DNA of 54,268 nt, the filler included, from Dirinaria sp. TL-2023a (taxonomy: Eukaryota), in the NCBI GenBank assembly GCA_051941275.1. It is 4 parts of 4 records of this genome, joined end to end, with 100 filler letters (N's around TTAATTAATTAA, not from the genome) between each part and the next. Parts side by side here need not be neighbours in the genome. Positions count along the whole stretch, not along the records: positions 40,786 to 54,268 come from JAVEBF010000681.1; 3 more parts are not named here. One strand, written 5' to 3'. Under the pieces are notes generated by a model. That model had not been told where the DNA came from. It did not search any database and saw only the letters and a program-made list of their open reading frames with translations. A program made the position numbers and the translations under genes. Shown piece by piece: positions 51,794 through 54,268 of this stretch. Within the stretch, counting starts at the first letter, position 1. Each line of letters begins with the position of its first letter.

Positions 51794-53703
51794 ATGTGCT
51801 CCGTTCCATGCCTTGGCACTCTCAGTCTCAGCATCTTCCAGTTGCTCGTATTCTTGGCATCGACAGCTGTTGCGGCGCCGTTATGGCCAATTCCATTGCA
51901 CTACTCGCTAGGGGATAGTGTGCTATGGATGCCCAAGGAGGCTCAATTCCACTATACCATCCTCAATACGGTCAGCTGTGGCTTTGCCTTCCAGATGAAA
52001 GCAGTCAACTGATGGAAAAATTGGCATTAGACCCAGCAATCCTATTCCAAGCAAAGCAACAATGTCTCCAGCTCCTCCTCCTTTGTCGAGCGTGCAATCC
52101 GTCGCGCTCAACGAAGACTCTTTACGGATGATTTCGTACCTTGGAAGTTCCATCCGCGAAATTCCAACTTCCAACCAAGCCCCTCCGCTCCGAAGACCTA
52201 CATAACCGGCGTCACCATCCAGCAGAATGCTAGCGACCCTGCCGGCGTGTACAAGCCTGTCGATGGCGCGGTGGATGAGTCATACACTCTTAGTCTATCC
52301 ACTGATGGAAGGGTGATGATCACGTCTGTGTCCAGTCTTGGCATACTCCACGCACTGGAGACTTTTACACAGCTCTTCTACCAGCACTCAGCTGACCCAG
52401 GCGTCTACACGCCTTACGCGCCAGCAATGATATCAGATGCGCCTAAATTTGCTCACCGGGGCTTGAATCTGGACGTGGCTCGCAATTACTATAACCCGTC
52501 CGATATCATGCGCACAATTGATGCATTGTCATGGAACAAGATGAATCGTTTGCACCTTCATTTGACGGATGGCCAGTCGTGGCCCGTGGATATCCCTGCA
52601 TTGCCAGAGCTTTCGGCAAAAGGCGCATACATGGCTGGTCTTTCATACAGCCCGCAGACGCTTGCGGACATCCAAGGATACGGCGCCGATCGAGGAGTAG
52701 AGGTGTACATTGAATTCGATATGCCGGGCCATACGTCGTCTATTGGGCTATCCCATCCAGAGCTGATAACTGCCTTCAATGTGCAGCCAGATTGGGATAC
52801 CTACGCGGCTGAGCCGCCGTCAGGCCAACTCAAGCTCAACAACAGCGCTGTGTATAGCTTTCTCGACAAGCTGTGGGCAGACTTCCTGCCTCGTGTTCAC
52901 CCTTACAGCGCGTATTTCCACACTGGCGGCGACGAGGTCAAGGCGAACACATATCTGCTTGACGAAGGTGTGCGATCAAATGACTCCGCGGTGATACAGC
53001 CGTTGCTTCAAAAATTCCTCGACTTTAACCACGCCAAAGTGCGAGCTGCAGGCTTGACGCCAGTAGTATGGGAAGAACAACTGCTTCAGTGGAATCTAAC
53101 CCTCGGCCCTGATGTTGTAGTGCAGACCTGGCAAAGCGATGAAGCTGTTGTGCAATCGGTCGCCAAGGGGTATAAGACGCTGGCCGGGAATTTCAATTAC
53201 TGGGTTCGCACCTTCCTTCTACATTACCGTCCACGGGCATCGAATCCGTCAGTCTTCCCTCCGCTCGTAGGTTGCTAACACTGCAGCAGTACCTTGACTG
53301 TGGCCACGGCCAGTGGCTTGATTTCTACCCCTCGGACGCCCCACAGTATTACCCGTTTAAAGACTACTGCGATCCCTTCCACAATTGGCGGCTTGTATAT
53401 TCCTACGATCCACTTTCTGGCGTGCCTGCTAACTCTACCCATCTGGTCCTTGGCGGCGAGGTGCACATGTGGAGCGAGCAGACCGATCCAGTCAATCTGG
53501 ACGACAATGTATGGCCTCGTGCAGCGGCTGCGGCCGAGGTACTGTGGAGCGGTGCCAAAAATGCGCAGGGACAGAACAGGAGTCAAGTGGAAGCAAGCCC
53601 TCGACTGAATGAGATGCGAGAGCGCATGGTTCAGCGCGGGATCAGATGTGGGCCGGTACAAATGACATTCTGCACGCAGAATGGCACGCAGTGCGCTCTA
53701 TGA
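51794..53703 (+). CDS. Secreted beta-N-acetylhexosaminidase, glycoside hydrolase family 20; exons 51794-51970, 52031-53203, 53290-53703
   Basis: Signal peptide then LWPIP; DESYTL, HRGLNLDVARNY, LHLHLTDGQSWP, EFDMPGH, catalytic FHTGGDEV, YLDCG, GGEVHMWSEQTD, WPRAAAAAE. Confidence 0.96.
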
Positions 53704-54268
53704 CGCCAATGAGAGTGGAACGAAACCGTCGTATTGCATTTTATAATGTAGAGTCAAATTTTTCTTTATGCTTTAGCTACCAGAAACGAAAAAGGAGAGA
53801 AAAAAAAGAATAAAAAAAAAGCTTCAGCAGTAAACTAATGAACGTACCTTGAGAAAGGGTCCACAGATGACCTACAACATGATAGCGGCTAGCGAAGCGC
53901 AGAAGCCTGAAGCAGCTTCAACCAAGGCCCCAAAGCAGAAAAGGTTCTCAATCAGACTGCTCTATGAAAGCTCCCTCTGTGGGACCGATCCGTGATATTT
54001 GATGATTCCGAGAGGTGTATTCGCGGATTGAACACCCCTATATTATTCTCGTGCCGTAATGATCAAACTTATCGTGGTAATGTTTCTAATGTCAAATGTG
54101 AGTGACACGAAGGTCTTTGTAGATCTGGCTAGGAATTACCGGGAGTCGGGGCTGGTTGGCTGGAGAGGGATCTCGTGCGGATGAAGTCCCAGGATTCTGC
54201 AAGACACCGTGGATTTAGATCTGATCAAGCGTGGGCTGATCGTTTCACGCTGTCCGCTGACTTACCTG

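Overview
Eukaryotic DNA from a filamentous ascomycete (GT-AG introns with CTRAC/CTAAT branch sites, Zn2Cys6 regulator, PTH11-like receptor). It is four contigs joined by artificial N-TTAATTAATTAA-N linkers (13507-13606, 27101-27200, 40686-40785), so adjacency across those points is unproven. The first and last contigs hold housekeeping genes: DBP2, a RING/LON-domain ligase, an MFS transporter, a truncated TMEM135-like gene, ARB1, a complex I B12 subunit, CAF1/POP2, a copper amine oxidase and a GH20 hexosaminidase. The middle contigs are accessory: a secreted Thr-rich repeat protein, an O-methyltransferase/Zn2Cys6 divergent pair, two copies of a MITE, mutationally decayed DNA, a PTH11-like receptor, a frameshifted MBOAT acyltransferase and a second MFS transporter. 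The standout is a head-to-head pair at 21707-26335: a fungal gasdermin-like gene and a CHAT (caspase-like) protease-NB-ARC-helical NLR, a candidate self-contained cell-death immune module. Other notable observations are a highly structured DBP2 intron, an alternative acceptor that toggles a CaaX box on the RING/LON ligase, and a T-x-T repeat protein. All family calls come from motif recognition by eye; no searches were run.
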